From the human T2T-CHM13v2.0 reference genome, Homo sapiens: 64,000 nt of DNA. The stretch lies in assembly GCF_009914755.1 (NCBI RefSeq), contig NC_060931.1; one strand, written 5' to 3'. The stretch's first letter is position 1. Every line of letters starts with the position of its first letter. Position numbers and translations under genes: made by a program. Below the pieces are notes generated by a model that was not told where the DNA came from, did not search any database, and worked only from the letters and a program-made list of their open reading frames with translations. Shown here piece after piece: positions 27,050 through 46,605 of the stretch.

Positions 27050-28290
27050 TCAGGCCATACAGTCATGAATAAAACAACTCTAAATTCAGAGAGAGAATAA
27101 GAAGCATAATGATAGTGGGAATCATAATACACAAATATAATGCTGTGGTGCTTCAAAGGAGATAGTATTTGATTCAGTGGATTAGAAAATAATCAGATAG
27201 ATAGGGTACATGCGAGCTGCCCCTGAAGACTGGGAAGAGTGTGAGAGGTAGAGATAGGAAAAAGATATTTAGGTGAAAGAAAGAGTGTGAGTGAAGACAA
27301 AGTAGGGAATCATGGTGGGACATCAAGAGCACAGTATATAGCATGTTTTGGTCCAAGTATATCGTATATGAAATATTCAGAGATGAGGTTAGAATGATCG
27401 GTTGAATTTGGCAGACCAGAAGCTGCAGCCTAAGGTGTTTGACCTTAATTTGGTAAGTGATGGAGAGTCATTAAAGGTTTCTGTGGAATGATGTGCTGCT
27501 TAGAGATATGCTTTATAAAGATCAATCTGACCATGATGTCAAAGACAGATAGGAGTGGAGAGAGAGAGATTGGGAGTGAAAAGAGTACTTAGTCAACTGT
27601 TGATTTAGTTAGGGCCAGAAAGGAGGTGGTGATAGTGCAAACAGAGAAGATTGGATGGATACCAGGAACACTGGAAAGTAGAATTCAAAGGATGTAGTCA
27701 CTGATTAGATATGAAAAGTGAAAAATCAAAGCCTAGTTGAACATTTCAAGCTAGTTACTAGGTGATTGGTGGTGCCATCGACAGAAACAGGAAAATCAGA
27801 GGAGTTGGTATGGTGAGGGAAGATATTAAGTGCACCGTTAGACACATTCAGTTGAGGTGCCAATGTGCAAAGGTGTAGAAATGTGTAGGGGCTATTAAAA
27901 TATTGAATTAATTGTTAGCCAGTCAAGGTTGGATGTGCAGATTTGAAATTTGCTCTTCAAGATATGATTCTTGAAGCTAGATGATTGGATACAATTCCTG
28001 ATGGTGAGAATGTCTATGGAGAGAGAAGAAAGTTGATACATACTGAGAAATGCTGACATTTAGAGGGCTGAGGGGAGAAAAGCCATAAGAAGATAACAGA
28101 TATCAAAGAGGTAGAAGGAGAACGAGCAGAGAACCCAGAAGCCTAGGGGAAAGAGAATTCCACAGGTTGAAGAGGGCAAGAATAACAGTGTCAAATAGTG
28201 TAGAGAGGAAAGAGAAGGTGGGGAATGTGCAAAAACTGTTGATATTGGGTACGGTAAGTCTCTGCTGACTTTCAAGTATGTAGTTTTAGT
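27050..28290 (-). mobile_element. L2 LINE relic
   Basis: Purine-rich degenerate L2 motifs (ggtggtgccat, tctctgctgactttca). Confidence 0.55.
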
Positions 28291-28770
28291 GATACTTTAC
28301 TAAATTTTTGAGGATAGACTCTCTTTTTTTCCTAAAGAAATTGCCTTGGTTATAGAAAGAGAGACCCAGTCTCTTCAGTGCAGTTACTTCTGTTACAGAA
28401 GTAACAAAAGAGGAGGCTCCAATCAACTCAATCAAATATAATACCTTTGATCTGGGCCACAATGTGAACCTGGGAGAGGGAAAATCTTCACTCTTAAGGA
28501 ACAGGGCTTAGAAGTAGAGGAAGTGTAACACTTCTTCATATCACTAAGCTAAGAATACTCCTGAAGGAGTGGTAGCATTTGGGGAGCTTGCCTTACCCTC
28601 CAGTCCCCAAAGGAGAGTTTAACATAGAGCTGAGGCGAAAAGCAAATACATTTTTATTTCTGCTAGTAAGGATTTTTACTATTAACTGTCATTGTAGTAC
28701 ATCAAAAAAGGGTATTAGAATAACTGATGTCTTTAAAATGACCTAGTAATACAATACATTTCTGTAATGA

Positions 28771-28774
<4 letters not shown>

Positions 28775-28802
<28 letters not shown>
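28775..28802. repeat. (TG)n microsatellite
   Basis: Directly visible. Confidence 0.93.
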
Positions 28803-29074
28803 GGATATGGTCTTGTTCTGTTGCCCTAGCTGGAGTGCAGTAGTGGGATCATAGCTCACTGTAACCTCCAACCACTGGGCTCGAGTGATTCTTGTGCCTC
28901 AGCTTCCTGAGCAGCTAGGACTACAAGTACATGCCACCACGCCCAGCTAATTTTTTTTTTTTTTTTTTTTGGTAGAGATAGGGGGTCTTGCTATGTTTCC
29001 CAGGATGGTCTTGAACTCTTGGCCTCAGAGATCCTTCCTCCTTGGCCTCCCAAAGTGCTGGGATTACAGGTGTT
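28803..29074 (-). mobile_element. AluJ-like
   Basis: Alu body adjacent to (TG)n. Confidence 0.85.
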
Positions 29075-29518
29075 TGCAATAGAGATACATCAATTGATAT
29101 TGCTTTGCCTTTCTCTGAGTGTCTATTAATTATTTATGTCTTCACTTTCATCCTATATGAATCAAGTATTCAGTTTAAAATATTTGAGAGTCCTCCTTAA
29201 TTTTTTGAGGATTTAGGAAGTTCCAACAGGACTAATGTAGTATAGGCATATGAAGTCAGAGACACAAGAAAATAGAAAGATACACTGGAAAAAAAATAGA
29301 TGGAGAAAAAATGGCTCAATGCACATAATAGGCATGGAGTAAGATAAAGAGGAAGGGGAGAGACAGCGGAAGGGAAGGGAGAGAGAGAGAACTGTGCAAC
29401 ATAAAAAGGAGATAGTGTTACAGAGTAGAGATAGAAGTAGGCAGAGTGCCCTATTTGAGCTTTCTATTTACAAGGGTAGGGAGACTGAAATCCAGATTAC
29501 ATATATAAGATAGAATAT

Positions 29519-29905
29519 ATTCAGTTGGTGTAAAAGTAATTGCGGTTTTTGCCATTAAAAGAATTGGCATTAAAAGTAATTCCTTTTTTTTTTTTTTTTT
29601 TTTGAGACAGAATCTCGTTCTGTCGCCCACAGTGCAGTGGTATGATCTTGCCTCTCAGGTTTCAGCGATTATTATTTCTCAGCCTCCCAAGTAGCTGGGA
29701 TTACAGGTGTGCACTACCACGACTGGCTTTTTTATTTTATTTATTTTTTTATAGAGACAAGGTTTTGCCGTGTTGGCCAGGCTAGTCTGGAGCTCCTGGC
29801 CTCTTGGCCTCAAGTGATCCTCCTGCCCCAGCCTCCCAAAGTGGTGGGATTATAGGCATGGTTCCACTGCACCCGGCCTGCAATTACTTTTGCACCAGCC
29901 TAATA
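29519..29905. mobile_element. MADE1 (Hsmar1-derived MITE) split by an Alu
   Basis: gttggtgtaaaagtaattgcggtttttgccatta ... gcaattacttttgcaccagcctaa terminal inverted repeats. Confidence 0.85.
29584..29878 (-). mobile_element. Alu inside MADE1
   Basis: Poly(T) plus Alu body with small deletions. Confidence 0.88.
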
Positions 29906-30130
29906 GTTACATTTCTTGCTATGTCCCAACATTTTCAGGGATTTTATCTATCCTCAAGTAATCATACTTGAATAAAGGTCTTTGCAAAAGATGACCTCTT
30001 TTATTCATAAGATAAAGTCTTTTTTAATGAATAATATCAGTCATTTCCTTATAGTTGTCTGACTAACCATTCTCCCTCGAGGCCCCAAATGCAATGCTAC
30101 TTTCTGTTTTAAAGAGCCACTTTTCCTTAC

Positions 30131-30306
30131 TTTAAACTGCATCATGTATCCTGGCTGTATAATGAGTTCTCGGGAGGAGAGAGCATTGTGAGTCTTGTCC
30201 TTCTTTTTATTTGGCCAATAGAGGTGAAAGGATGGATTGCCACAAAATCCTGCTGTCCTTACAGCATTAGGGTAAAAACTCCAGTTTTCTTCATGGGAAG
30301 TGCCTT
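30131..30306 (-). CDS. RELN: Reelin exon 57: (E)[26 protein letters not shown]...GYMMQFK
   Basis: taacag|AA acceptor, AAA|gtaagg donor, 176 nt; matches ORF 30041-30337. Confidence 0.96.
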
Positions 30307-30312
30307 CTGTTA

Positions 30313-30386
30313 AGGAAAATTGGAAGCAATATGGCATATTATTCTCTTGAGGAAAATTGGAAGCAATATGGCATATTATTCTCTTG
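30313..30386. repeat. Perfect 37-bp tandem duplication
   Basis: aggaaaattggaagcaatatggcatattattctcttg x2. Confidence 0.97.
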
Positions 30387-30933
30387 AACTGACCGATTTA
30401 TTGTTGAATTCCTTAAATTTTTATGCTCTACTAGCTTTCTGCTTACACTTTAGGATTGATTTTTATTTTATTTAACTGGGATAATGCATAAATCCAACGT
30501 GAGAAATCAAACTTTGACAAGACTATTAAATGGTAGTATAATGATTACCGTACTTTTAAAATGTAATTGCTAGTCTAGGTAACCTAGCACCGAAAAGTTC
30601 TTGATACACTTTGTCAGCCAGTGCATTAAGTATTTCTGTGACACATTAATTACTAAAGAAACTAAAATTATTTTCGGGTATTGAAATTTCAAATTATATT
30701 TAAAGCCAGACATTGAGCCTTTAACATGATTTATTGAATGCTCAGTGGACATTTCAAAAAGCAGCCAACTTTGAAGATTTATAAACCACTGGGCAAAATA
30801 ACAGCTAACATTTGTTGAGCAGGAGTATGGGCTAGGCACTCTTATAAATGCTTTTCATGTGCTAATCTATCTGAAGACATAAGCAGAAAAATGGCTCACA
30901 GGAAAGAAAATTGTTCAATGTCTTGTTTCTTAC

Positions 30934-31176
30934 CATCATCAAAAGTGTCCACCAATTGGCTGGGATTGATTTCTGCTCCACCAATCAAAATGTTGTCCAG
31001 TGCCCACTGAGCACGCTCCACCCCAGAGACCACAATTCCATTGCTGATCACAAAAGGCTGCCACCAGCGAAGTCGAGTTGTGTTGGTGAGGGCATCTTCA
31101 GGAAGAAGTATGTAGTCGTGTCTAACAGAAATGTATTTCTGGTAATCCATCTCATGGAGCAAAGTCCAGGTAATTC
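30934..31176 (-). CDS. RELN: Reelin exon 56: (G)[14 protein letters not shown]...RWWQPF...QLVDTFDD
   Basis: tatag|GA acceptor, ATG|gtaaga donor, 243 nt; matches ORF 30896-31162. Confidence 0.97.
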
Positions 31177-32227
31177 CTATAATAACAAATATACCAACAT
31201 AGCAATATATCTAGAATCTCCTGCCTCCTCATAAACCACCAGTATACTTCAGATACTGTGAACTTCCCAAAGAAATTTTCAGCCAGGAAATGACAACTGA
31301 TTTTCCTGACTTTGATATTAGGTATTCACTACTTATACTGTTTCTGTATGAGGCTAATGATATGAGGGGAAGGATATTTCGAAAGAGTTGGCCAAAATAA
31401 AAACACTGAAGTAAAAATAAGTTATGTTTTGCTTTTAAAATTTAGTTCTAAATTCTTATTTCTCACAAATAATGAGATACACCCATGTTTTACATGTTTC
31501 TAGGCAATAGCTTTCAGTATTAAAATAGTTATTGTAATTTTATGCAATTTAATTATTTGGACTGGTATAAAGTTTATCTCTTCTTGCTTGATAAGATTGC
31601 AGGTGGGATGTTTAATTACTTAAGAAAACATCCTTCAAATACCTTAAAATACTTTAGGGTCATCTGTTAATCAGCTAGTTATTAAGAATGATATCTATCT
31701 GCTAAAGCAGATTTTTCTAAAGACACCATGGTATTACTGGTCTGGTTTTAGCTACTTCAGAATAACAAAACAGAATTCTATTAAAATATTCTATGACAAA
31801 CTCACAAAATCAGACTTTTTTTTCACAATTTTAGAAGATTTCCATAGATTATAGCATTTATTACATGCTTATTTACACATAAGCTGTTAAAAATGCTTTA
31901 AAGTTTTAAAAATGATCTTTTACTTGGAAATCATACAAAATGTATTTCTTAATTGTATCACTCAAGCTTCAGTAAAGCGTAGAGGTTGTTTTCTTTATTC
32001 ATAAAGTTTGGACTTTATTTTTAATGTGATTTCTCTCCTTCCCTTTTTGCATAACACAGAAGTCACTTGTACGGAACATGTAATACAAACAAAATCTGTA
32101 GCTTTTTCTTTGTGAGTTTCACAATTCAAACTGTGAAGTCAGCAAAGCTTTGCAGAGACTTTTCTGAGGGTGTTGGATGGAATTTGGGAATCTGCTCCAA
32201 GGGGTGGTTTTCACCCCTGACACATGC

Positions 32228-32334
32228 CTCCATCGGTAGAGTAGTCCAACAGCACGCCTTCCTTCCGGCAGATGGGACGATGGCAAGAGGTCATGTTGTT
32301 CTCACTACCGATGCGCCCCCAGTATTGCAGGAAC
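32228..32334 (-). CDS. RELN: Reelin exon 55: [35 protein letters not shown] (GC donor)
   Basis: ttcag|G acceptor. The donor must be GAG|gcatgt to keep the Asp-box YSTDGGITW in frame with exon 56. 107 nt. Confidence 0.93.
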
Positions 32335-32484
32335 CTGAATGCAAGCACATTTTATCCATCAGAATAATTCATTAGAACAAATACTCTACTCAAGTCCTGG
32401 ATAATTTCTTCCATACAAGTGTTCCTTGCTTTGGGACCAATTTGCTATGGTGCAATAGAAATAACTAACAAAAAATTGACTTAC

Positions 32485-32660
32485 TTTGCACCTCGAAGAT
32501 CCAAATCTTGTGTAACCGCTTGTCTCACAGTGGATCCCCCAAAATAGAGTGCAGTGTCCTCGGCAAGAATTCCACACTCAGTGCAAGTACTTCCACCTTC
32601 TAAGGACATCCATAAGTCAGGTTTGATTTCTTCACTGTCAAAGCGTTCCTTCAGGAAAGT
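32485..32660 (-). CDS. RELN: Reelin exon 54: [23 protein letters not shown]...QDLDLRGA(K)
   Basis: ttccag|ACT acceptor, AA|gtaagt donor, 176 nt; followed by a 150-nt intron. Confidence 0.97.
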
Positions 32661-32906
32661 CTGGAAATAAAATAAGCCAGATGTGGTTAAAAAAACAATT
32701 TCAGATAACTATGGAATATTTAAGAAAATACAGAGTGATGTCTTGGACTTAAAAAAAATAGAGCTGATTTCAAATGCTTTTCAAAGATGTTTAAAAAAGG
32801 CTATTTCCACAATCTTTTTTCCTGTCGTATATTGAAAATCATTTAAACTGCTCAAATAATGTTTAATAATTGAAATTTAAAATAATTGTAAAGTTGACTA
32901 TATCAA

Positions 32907-33200
<294 letters not shown>

Positions 33201-35153
33201 ATATTATAGTAACACTTCTATTTGTAAAAAGTTAGTTAGTTATTTAAGCATATACCCCCAAACATGTATATTTGTTTATATAGTATATAAAAGTATTATT
33301 GTAATGTATTATATTATGAAACATGCCAAAAGGAATTTGAAAGCAATAAGATAAAATATAAACATGCAATCCAGCACTTTCCCCCTGACATTCCCCAATG
33401 GATTGTCCTGGTGTGTGTGCCCTCACTTTGGAGACTGCTTCAGGCAGCCAGGATCCTTCAGCCTCTAGCACAGAATGAACCTTGAAGGTCTACATGGTTA
33501 GGCAGGGACACTTGAAACCAAATCTCTCTATATAAGTCAAAAGAAAGTAAACCTTTGAAGGCAGTTTGAAAGATGTTTCACCTGTTTATCAGGCCAAGTT
33601 GCAGGGTGATAAGTACTCAAAATCTAGAATACAATATTTTCCCCTGAGTCTCCAGTTTATCCTTTTAACTAAGAATGATTGACAACCAGAAAATCTATTT
33701 TTCAGAGAGTGTACAAAGTATAAAGGTTCTTGGCTACATTTTTTTGTAAAATTTGCTTATCTCCTCATAGTCAAGGTCTTAATTTCCCTATTCATTCTGT
33801 CTACAGTACTTTCATTTTATCCATAATGCAGATTTGTATTAGGTAGAGACACATTTCTTGTTTAAAATGATGAAAAGATATCATAAAGCCAATTTGTTCT
33901 AGTTGCAATGCAATAACTGTATACAGAAAAACCTATATTTTTTCATTTAAGGAGAGTTCTATCTTACTGTGTAGTTAAAATGATTTAAACAGTTTCTTTT
34001 TCTCAAACTTAGAAGATAATCAATTCTATAGTTAAAGACATACAGTCAAATGTCAGTCTGCCTTAGTCTCACTAATGGATAGCAAATGAATACGTTTTAT
34101 AATTGAAAGCTTGTAAGAAGACAAGTGTTAGAAGAAATGCATGGTTAACCACGTAAACTTTCATTAGAAGATTTTAATCAGGGTTTATAATTTATAGATT
34201 TGTACAATTTCTTATCCAACTGAGGAATACTAATAAAATTTGAGTGCTCATGAAAGAAATTAGATTTTCAAAAGTTTATTAATTACCTGTGGTATATAAA
34301 GCTTTGTTTTTCATGTGGTAACCTCATTTGTTAATAATGTACTTACATCTTCAGACACAAATGAGCATTGTTCCAATTTTATTTAAAAAATGTTCAATTC
34401 CATAGTTGAAGTATTAGAACAAACACAAATGACAGAACAGGTTTGATTTACATTGTTGACTCTCATATGTTGGATTTCAATCACTAGGAATTTTGCTTTT
34501 TTTAGCCTAGTCATTTTTCTGTTATTGTAATGACAAATGCACTATGTTTATTCACAGAAATAGAGTGCATATGTGGCAACTGTGTTGGGTAACTGTATTT
34601 GCTTTGCATATTAAATAATGATGTAACAGCTAAAGCTTTCAAAAGTGACCTCTCCATTCTTAATACACAACCCCATTTCAGCAGTCAACGAATCAGAACA
34701 CAGAATTTTCTAAACAAAAATTCAGGTACTGTTTAGGCCTTTTTGAAAATTTGGTCTTTTGTGATAATGTATATTATTTGCTTTATTTCATAACAATAAT
34801 AACAATAATATCTTCCTTCAAATAGTGCATCAATTGAAAAAGTGAAGTAAAAAAGGCTTAATATTGACTTTAAAAATAGTCTGCTTAAGAAAAAAAAAAG
34901 AAACCCAGAGTATTTATCATTTGTAATCCATATAGTCTGGCTCATTTTATGAACTGGATAAACTGTACTAGAACTTGATCCTAATATTCTTGTACTTAGG
35001 AAACATAAGACATTTTTAAAGTTTCTATTCAAAGGATTTTCTTTCCTGGGGGACCCAAAGGACATTGTTATAGATTATGTCTCATACATAAGTTGGTTCC
35101 TAGGCATGACCCATGATGTGAGTAATGCGTCTTGTCCAGGGCTTTACCCTTAC

Positions 35154-35331
35154 CTTCAGAGTGTGGGTCAAGTAGCAGTTTGGCCCTGAGTATCCCGGAT
35201 CACAGATGCACTGTTCCCTTAAGCAATCTCCATGGCCCCTGCAGTTGTCCAAGCATCCAGGGCCCAGGTAGAAATTATCGATTGCCCACTGCATGTCTGA
35301 GTACTTCTGATAGAACCTAAACCTTACCGGA
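35154..35331 (-). CDS. RELN: Reelin exon 53: [10 protein letters not shown]...[34 protein letters not shown] (EGF of repeat 7)
   Basis: caatag|T acceptor, AAG|gtaagg donor, 178 nt; matches ORF 35100-35429. Confidence 0.97.
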
Positions 35332-36162
35332 CTATTGACAATGCAAAAGCAAAGGAGTGAAAAACAAAAGTTAACTGTATTTAGGTCCATTGTCCTGCAT
35401 GTGTATTCAGTACTCAAGAGAAAAAACATTTAAGATACTCTTACTAGATGAAATAGGTTAATAAAAAATGTTTTCTGACCACTCTTATCTTTCTAGTAAT
35501 GGAACTTTCAAGCTGGTTTTATTGAAATTTCAGAATATCTGAGCACACTTGCACAACAAAATTAAATCAGTGGAATCTCTGTGTCAAGAAATAAATAGAA
35601 ATATTTAAATACACAAATCTGTAACTTTCATAAATCAGGTTTCTTCTGAATTGGAGTTCCGTGGTCATGATGCAATTTAGATTCACTAATTGCATTTCTG
35701 AAATTGTACAGAAGGTGAGTGACGCCTTTGACAAGAGCCTTGTCAGCATACACACAGCCCTCAGGCGGTCGGGAGGCAGCATTTTCTGAATTCCCTGAAG
35801 ACAATCAATATTCTCAGAGTAACTATGCTAATTAGAAAACAATTTTGAAAGGGTTATATTAAAGGACATTTTCTTTGAGATTTTAATTTCATCTTTGTTC
35901 TTCTCTGTCTTCTGGGGGAAAAAACAAGCCTCATAATTATCCTTATATTAAAATATGCCATACTATTTTGGTTTAAAGAATCCAAAGTACATGAAGGAAC
36001 TTTCTGGGGTGATATAAATGTTCTGTATCTTGTTTTATGTGGTGGTTACATGGGTTACACAACTAAAAACTCATTGATCTGAACAATTAAGATGTATGTA
36101 TTTTACTGAATGTAAATTATACCTCATTATTACAAAAAGAGAATGGGAGGAGAAAATGAGTC

Positions 36163-36615
36163 TGTGATAGACATCATGGTGGGTCCCCAGCATCCATTTC
36201 ACCCCAGATAATCCATGAAATAATCATTTCCTAACTCAACTATTGAGTGGCTAATTGGTACCAGTGGGATGCAAGGTGGCGCTTGTTCTGGCTGTCTTGG
36301 AACAAAAGCAACTATCTTTCTTTCTCACTGGACGTAAGTACGGAAGCATCCTGCCCCAGTTCTCTGGCTGCCATCTCATGTTCAATAGCAAAACCAGCCT
36401 GAGAGAGCTGAGTATGCCGCCAGTGCCGTGGACAGCAGATATTCTCTTAAGAGGATAAGGAGGAACGCTGTCCCTGAAGACACCGTTCAACTTACAAATC
36501 AACCAGCCCTAGAGTTCACTTATCTTTGGATTCGTTCATTATAGATATAACAAATTTCGAGCTGGTTTGAATTGGGTTTTCTGTTCCTTGCAGCTGAAAG
36601 CATCCTGATTTAATT
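36163..36615. mobile_element. MLT1-family LTR relic
   Basis: Terminal tttctgttccttgcagctgaaagcatcctga typical of MLT1. Confidence 0.55.
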
Positions 36616-37424
36616 CCTTAGTATGTTAATTGAATAAGCTCTTTAGATACATTCCAGAAAACCCTGAGTGGTAATAATAATAATAATAATATCTATGGGA
36701 CACTGGGAACTGTGCGTAAGCACTTTATTCAAAGACTCTTTATGTTTCACAAGATTTGTTTAGTCAGACTATCTGATTAATACAGTCTAGGTGCACCTGT
36801 TATTTTCTTTTGTGTATCTTTACTTTTAAAGTAGAAGAGAAATCTTTTGGAATTGCCTTAAATTAATATATCCACAGACTTTGCAGAGCAAGGTTTAATC
36901 ACCTCTGCTCATCACTGGTCCAGGCTAATTACCTCTCACTGCAGGATCAGAATACAATGCTTTGATAAGAGAAAAATGGATCCCATAAGTCACAGTGGTA
37001 GAAATAGCATGATGAGTTAGGATTTGCTCCTGGCTCTGTCTATCATGGATTGATAAGGCAATAATGTGGAAAGTATATAGTGCACAGAGGTCCACAGTCT
37101 ACAAGGTTGAGAAGGTAGGGTACACCTTTTCATCTGGCTCCAAGGCCATCACTATTGCTCTGTTCCCATTTTAAGATACTGAGGTTTAGAAAATAAGAGT
37201 CTGCAAAAGCCCATATTGCCAAGTCTGAGGATTACAAATTGAGGTCTGAAGTTAGCTCATCATGGAAGTTATGATGAAAGTAACCAATTAGAGAACCTTT
37301 AGAGTTAGGGAGAAAGAAAGCACTTTACCCACAAATACACATAATTTCAGGCATGACAACAGTGTACCTAATGGTGTACCTTCTGGATGCTTGGAACCAG
37401 GCTTTGTTTTAGTTTTCTACTTAC

Positions 37425-37639
37425 TTTCCCACTAAGCTTTCAGGAAGTGGGTAGGTGATCCTTTTCCACCCTTTAGTTGGAAAGAATACAGATGGCTGAG
37501 AAACACTTCCAGAGCATTTTGGGTCAGCAGGCAAGCACTGAGGGACCAGATAATTCCAACTCACACCGAAGTCAGTAGAATACTGCACATGAATTTGATT
37601 CTGGGCAATTTTTTCAGACACCTTACATCCAACTGAGAT
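37425..37639 (-). CDS. RELN: Reelin exon 52: [28 protein letters not shown]...PESLVG(N)
   Basis: tattag|ATC acceptor, AA|gtaagt donor, 215 nt. Confidence 0.97.
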
Positions 37640-38332
37640 CTAATAAACAGAAAAACAAGATCAAGGTATTAAAACTATATGATATGATTCTTCTCCAAGG
37701 ACTTGGCAGCAAAAAAGCTGCTGATCACTTGATATACACTGTACCACATCCATCCTGTATTTTCAGATTCATTATTTGTTCTGCTAATGGACAGAGAAAG
37801 TCACCATGATTGCCCCAGGTGACAAATTATAGAAAGTGCCAAATATATTGTGTAGGGGGTTTGGAGAGAAACTCAGACCCCGTGCTTCTGCCATGCTGGC
37901 TGAATGCCTTGGAAGGCCTGGGCTCACTCCTACAAACTGTTAGTTGTGCTAATGGTCTGGCATTTCTATTTGGCAGAATACTTAACCAAGAAGAATAGCT
38001 AACAGCTTTACCAATTTTACTATTTTGTTGTACAATTTATGACTCTCAATACAACACTTTCAACGACAAGTAAGATGAAATAATAACTGAAGGTAGTTTA
38101 AACAAGGCACAGCACCCTTCGTTGATGGTGATAGCCATGATGTGACACTGCTGTTAATACAGTGGGATTTAGGTAGACAGAATAAATTGGTTCACATAAA
38201 ATCTTGGCCTAAATATTAGCCAAAATTGATGTTGACATTAATGCTAATCATGCCTTTGTTTTCTATAAATTTTTTTCTCCAGAAACATCCAAATGTTCTT
38301 GTAAAAAAAAAAAAAAAAAAAAAAAAACTAGA

Positions 38333-38647
<315 letters not shown>

Positions 38648-38863
38648 TTATAGTTAGTATTAATAGAGAGATGGGTAAGAGGAAAAAAAGTAGAAATAAC
38701 CATTATAGCTTTAATTTTCTCTTGTTGAAACAAATTGCTTAAGTCATAATGATTTAACTCGGAGTTATAATCAGTATCCTACATTTTTATTGTTGATATT
38801 TTTATCTATCAGTATTTCATCCTGAGCAGGAACACATTTACTCTTATAAAAGTTTCAGCTTGA

Positions 38864-45053
<6,190 letters not shown>

Positions 45054-45259
45054 AAAAGTTTCAACTTGAAATAGTTCAGAAATAAAATACTTTTAATCAT
45101 TAAGCAATGTATAGTTGAGTTGTATATTAGTTTAATAGTAAATTTTACTTTTCAAAGTATATACTAAGTCAATGAAATATTAGATCATCTTTTCTCTGAT
45201 ATTTTTTGTTATATTGCTAATGTATGGTTGTTTATATAATCAAGATCATAACATTTCAC

Positions 45260-45414
45260 CTTGAATTGCATAATCCAGCCTTCAGTGGGAGTCAGGTCAT
45301 GGGTCACTGCATACACCTCCCGTCCATCATGACTGCCACAGAGCATCACACCATCAGGGGAGTCACAGAATCTTTCTACTGTACAATCATCATGGAATAG
45401 CCAGTGCTCATTCA
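45260..45414 (-). CDS. RELN: Reelin exon 51: (V)[21 protein letters not shown]...GWIMQFK
   Basis: tttaag|TG acceptor, AAG|gtgaaa donor, 155 nt. Confidence 0.97.
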
Positions 45415-45934
45415 CTTAAAACAAAAAAACAAAATTTTATGACAAATTTGTGACAAAAATACTTGAAGCAAATTTTCACTTTAAGCAAGACATAGAATTA
45501 TTTTAAGTAGAAACTGCTCATATTATATACACTCTATAGACAAAACACTAATATAAATACATTGTTTCAGGAACATAAATACTAGGAGGATTGAGATATA
45601 TGCCCTTTGTCTGATATTAGTACACACACAACCATAGATATTAGTCTACACATGAAAAAAAGTATATTGTACACATTGTAAATGAAAATCAAAAGGAAAT
45701 AACTAATTTTTTGACAGATATTTAACTTTTTAGATAGCATATAAAGAAGTAGAGATGATTTTTAATTTTAAAAATTTTATTTACAGTGTCTCGTTTATTA
45801 GGAAAGAATCATGAAGAATCACAATTGCACTGGGCTGGTCATTTTATTTTATTTTTTTTAATACCGGATAGGGAATAGAGTTAACTACTACTCACATTCT
45901 GAAAGTATTATCTGGGTAACTAAAAAGCTTGTAA

Positions 45935-46605
45935 TGAATTTTTTATAGCTTTATCAAGATATAACTGATATACAAAAATGACACACATTTAAAACATACA
46001 TCTTGGCTGGGTATGGTGGCTCATGCCTGTAATCCCAGCACTTTGAAAGGCTGAAGTGGGAGGATCGCTTGAGGCCAGCCTGGGCAACATAGTGAGATCC
46101 TGACTGTTAAAAAAAAAATTAGCTGGAGTGGTGGTGCACGCCCATAGTCTCAGCTACTTAGGAGGCTGCTTGAGTCCAGGAGTTCAGGGCTGCAGTGATT
46201 TGTGATTGTGCCACTGCACTCCAGCCTGGGCAGCAGAGTGAGACCCTGTCTCTAAAAAATTTGTTTTAAAAAATGAAATATACATTTGATGACTCTGGAA
46301 ATATGCACAACCCATGATACTATCACCACAAGCAGGGCACCAAATCGATCCATCACTTCCAAAAATTTCCTTGTATTCTTTTGTGTGTGTGGTTTTTAGT
46401 TTTTGTTGGGGGGTTGCTGTTTAGAACACCCAACAAGAGACATATCCTCTTAACATATGTTCAGTGCACAATATAATCCTGTCAACCATAGACACTATGT
46501 CATACAGCAGATCTCTAGAACTTATTTCTTTTGCATGACAGAAACTTTATAGCTACTGAAAAAGTATTCATTTCCCCTTTCTCCAGATCCTGGCAACCAC
46601 CCTAT
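45935..46605 (-). mobile_element. Old L1M 3' fragment interrupted by an Alu
   Basis: agcagatctctagaacttatt and ctggcaaccac motifs. Confidence 0.6.
46005..46259 (+). mobile_element. AluJ-like with internal deletions
   Basis: Alu consensus match. Confidence 0.85.

Noticed and set aside
35322-35333. Donor-like CCG|GTAAGG 4 nt inside exon 53 (possible recursive or micro-exon site)
   Set aside because: Explained by the Pro-Val-Arg codons; not a zero-length AG|GT site; use would frameshift and nothing supports it.
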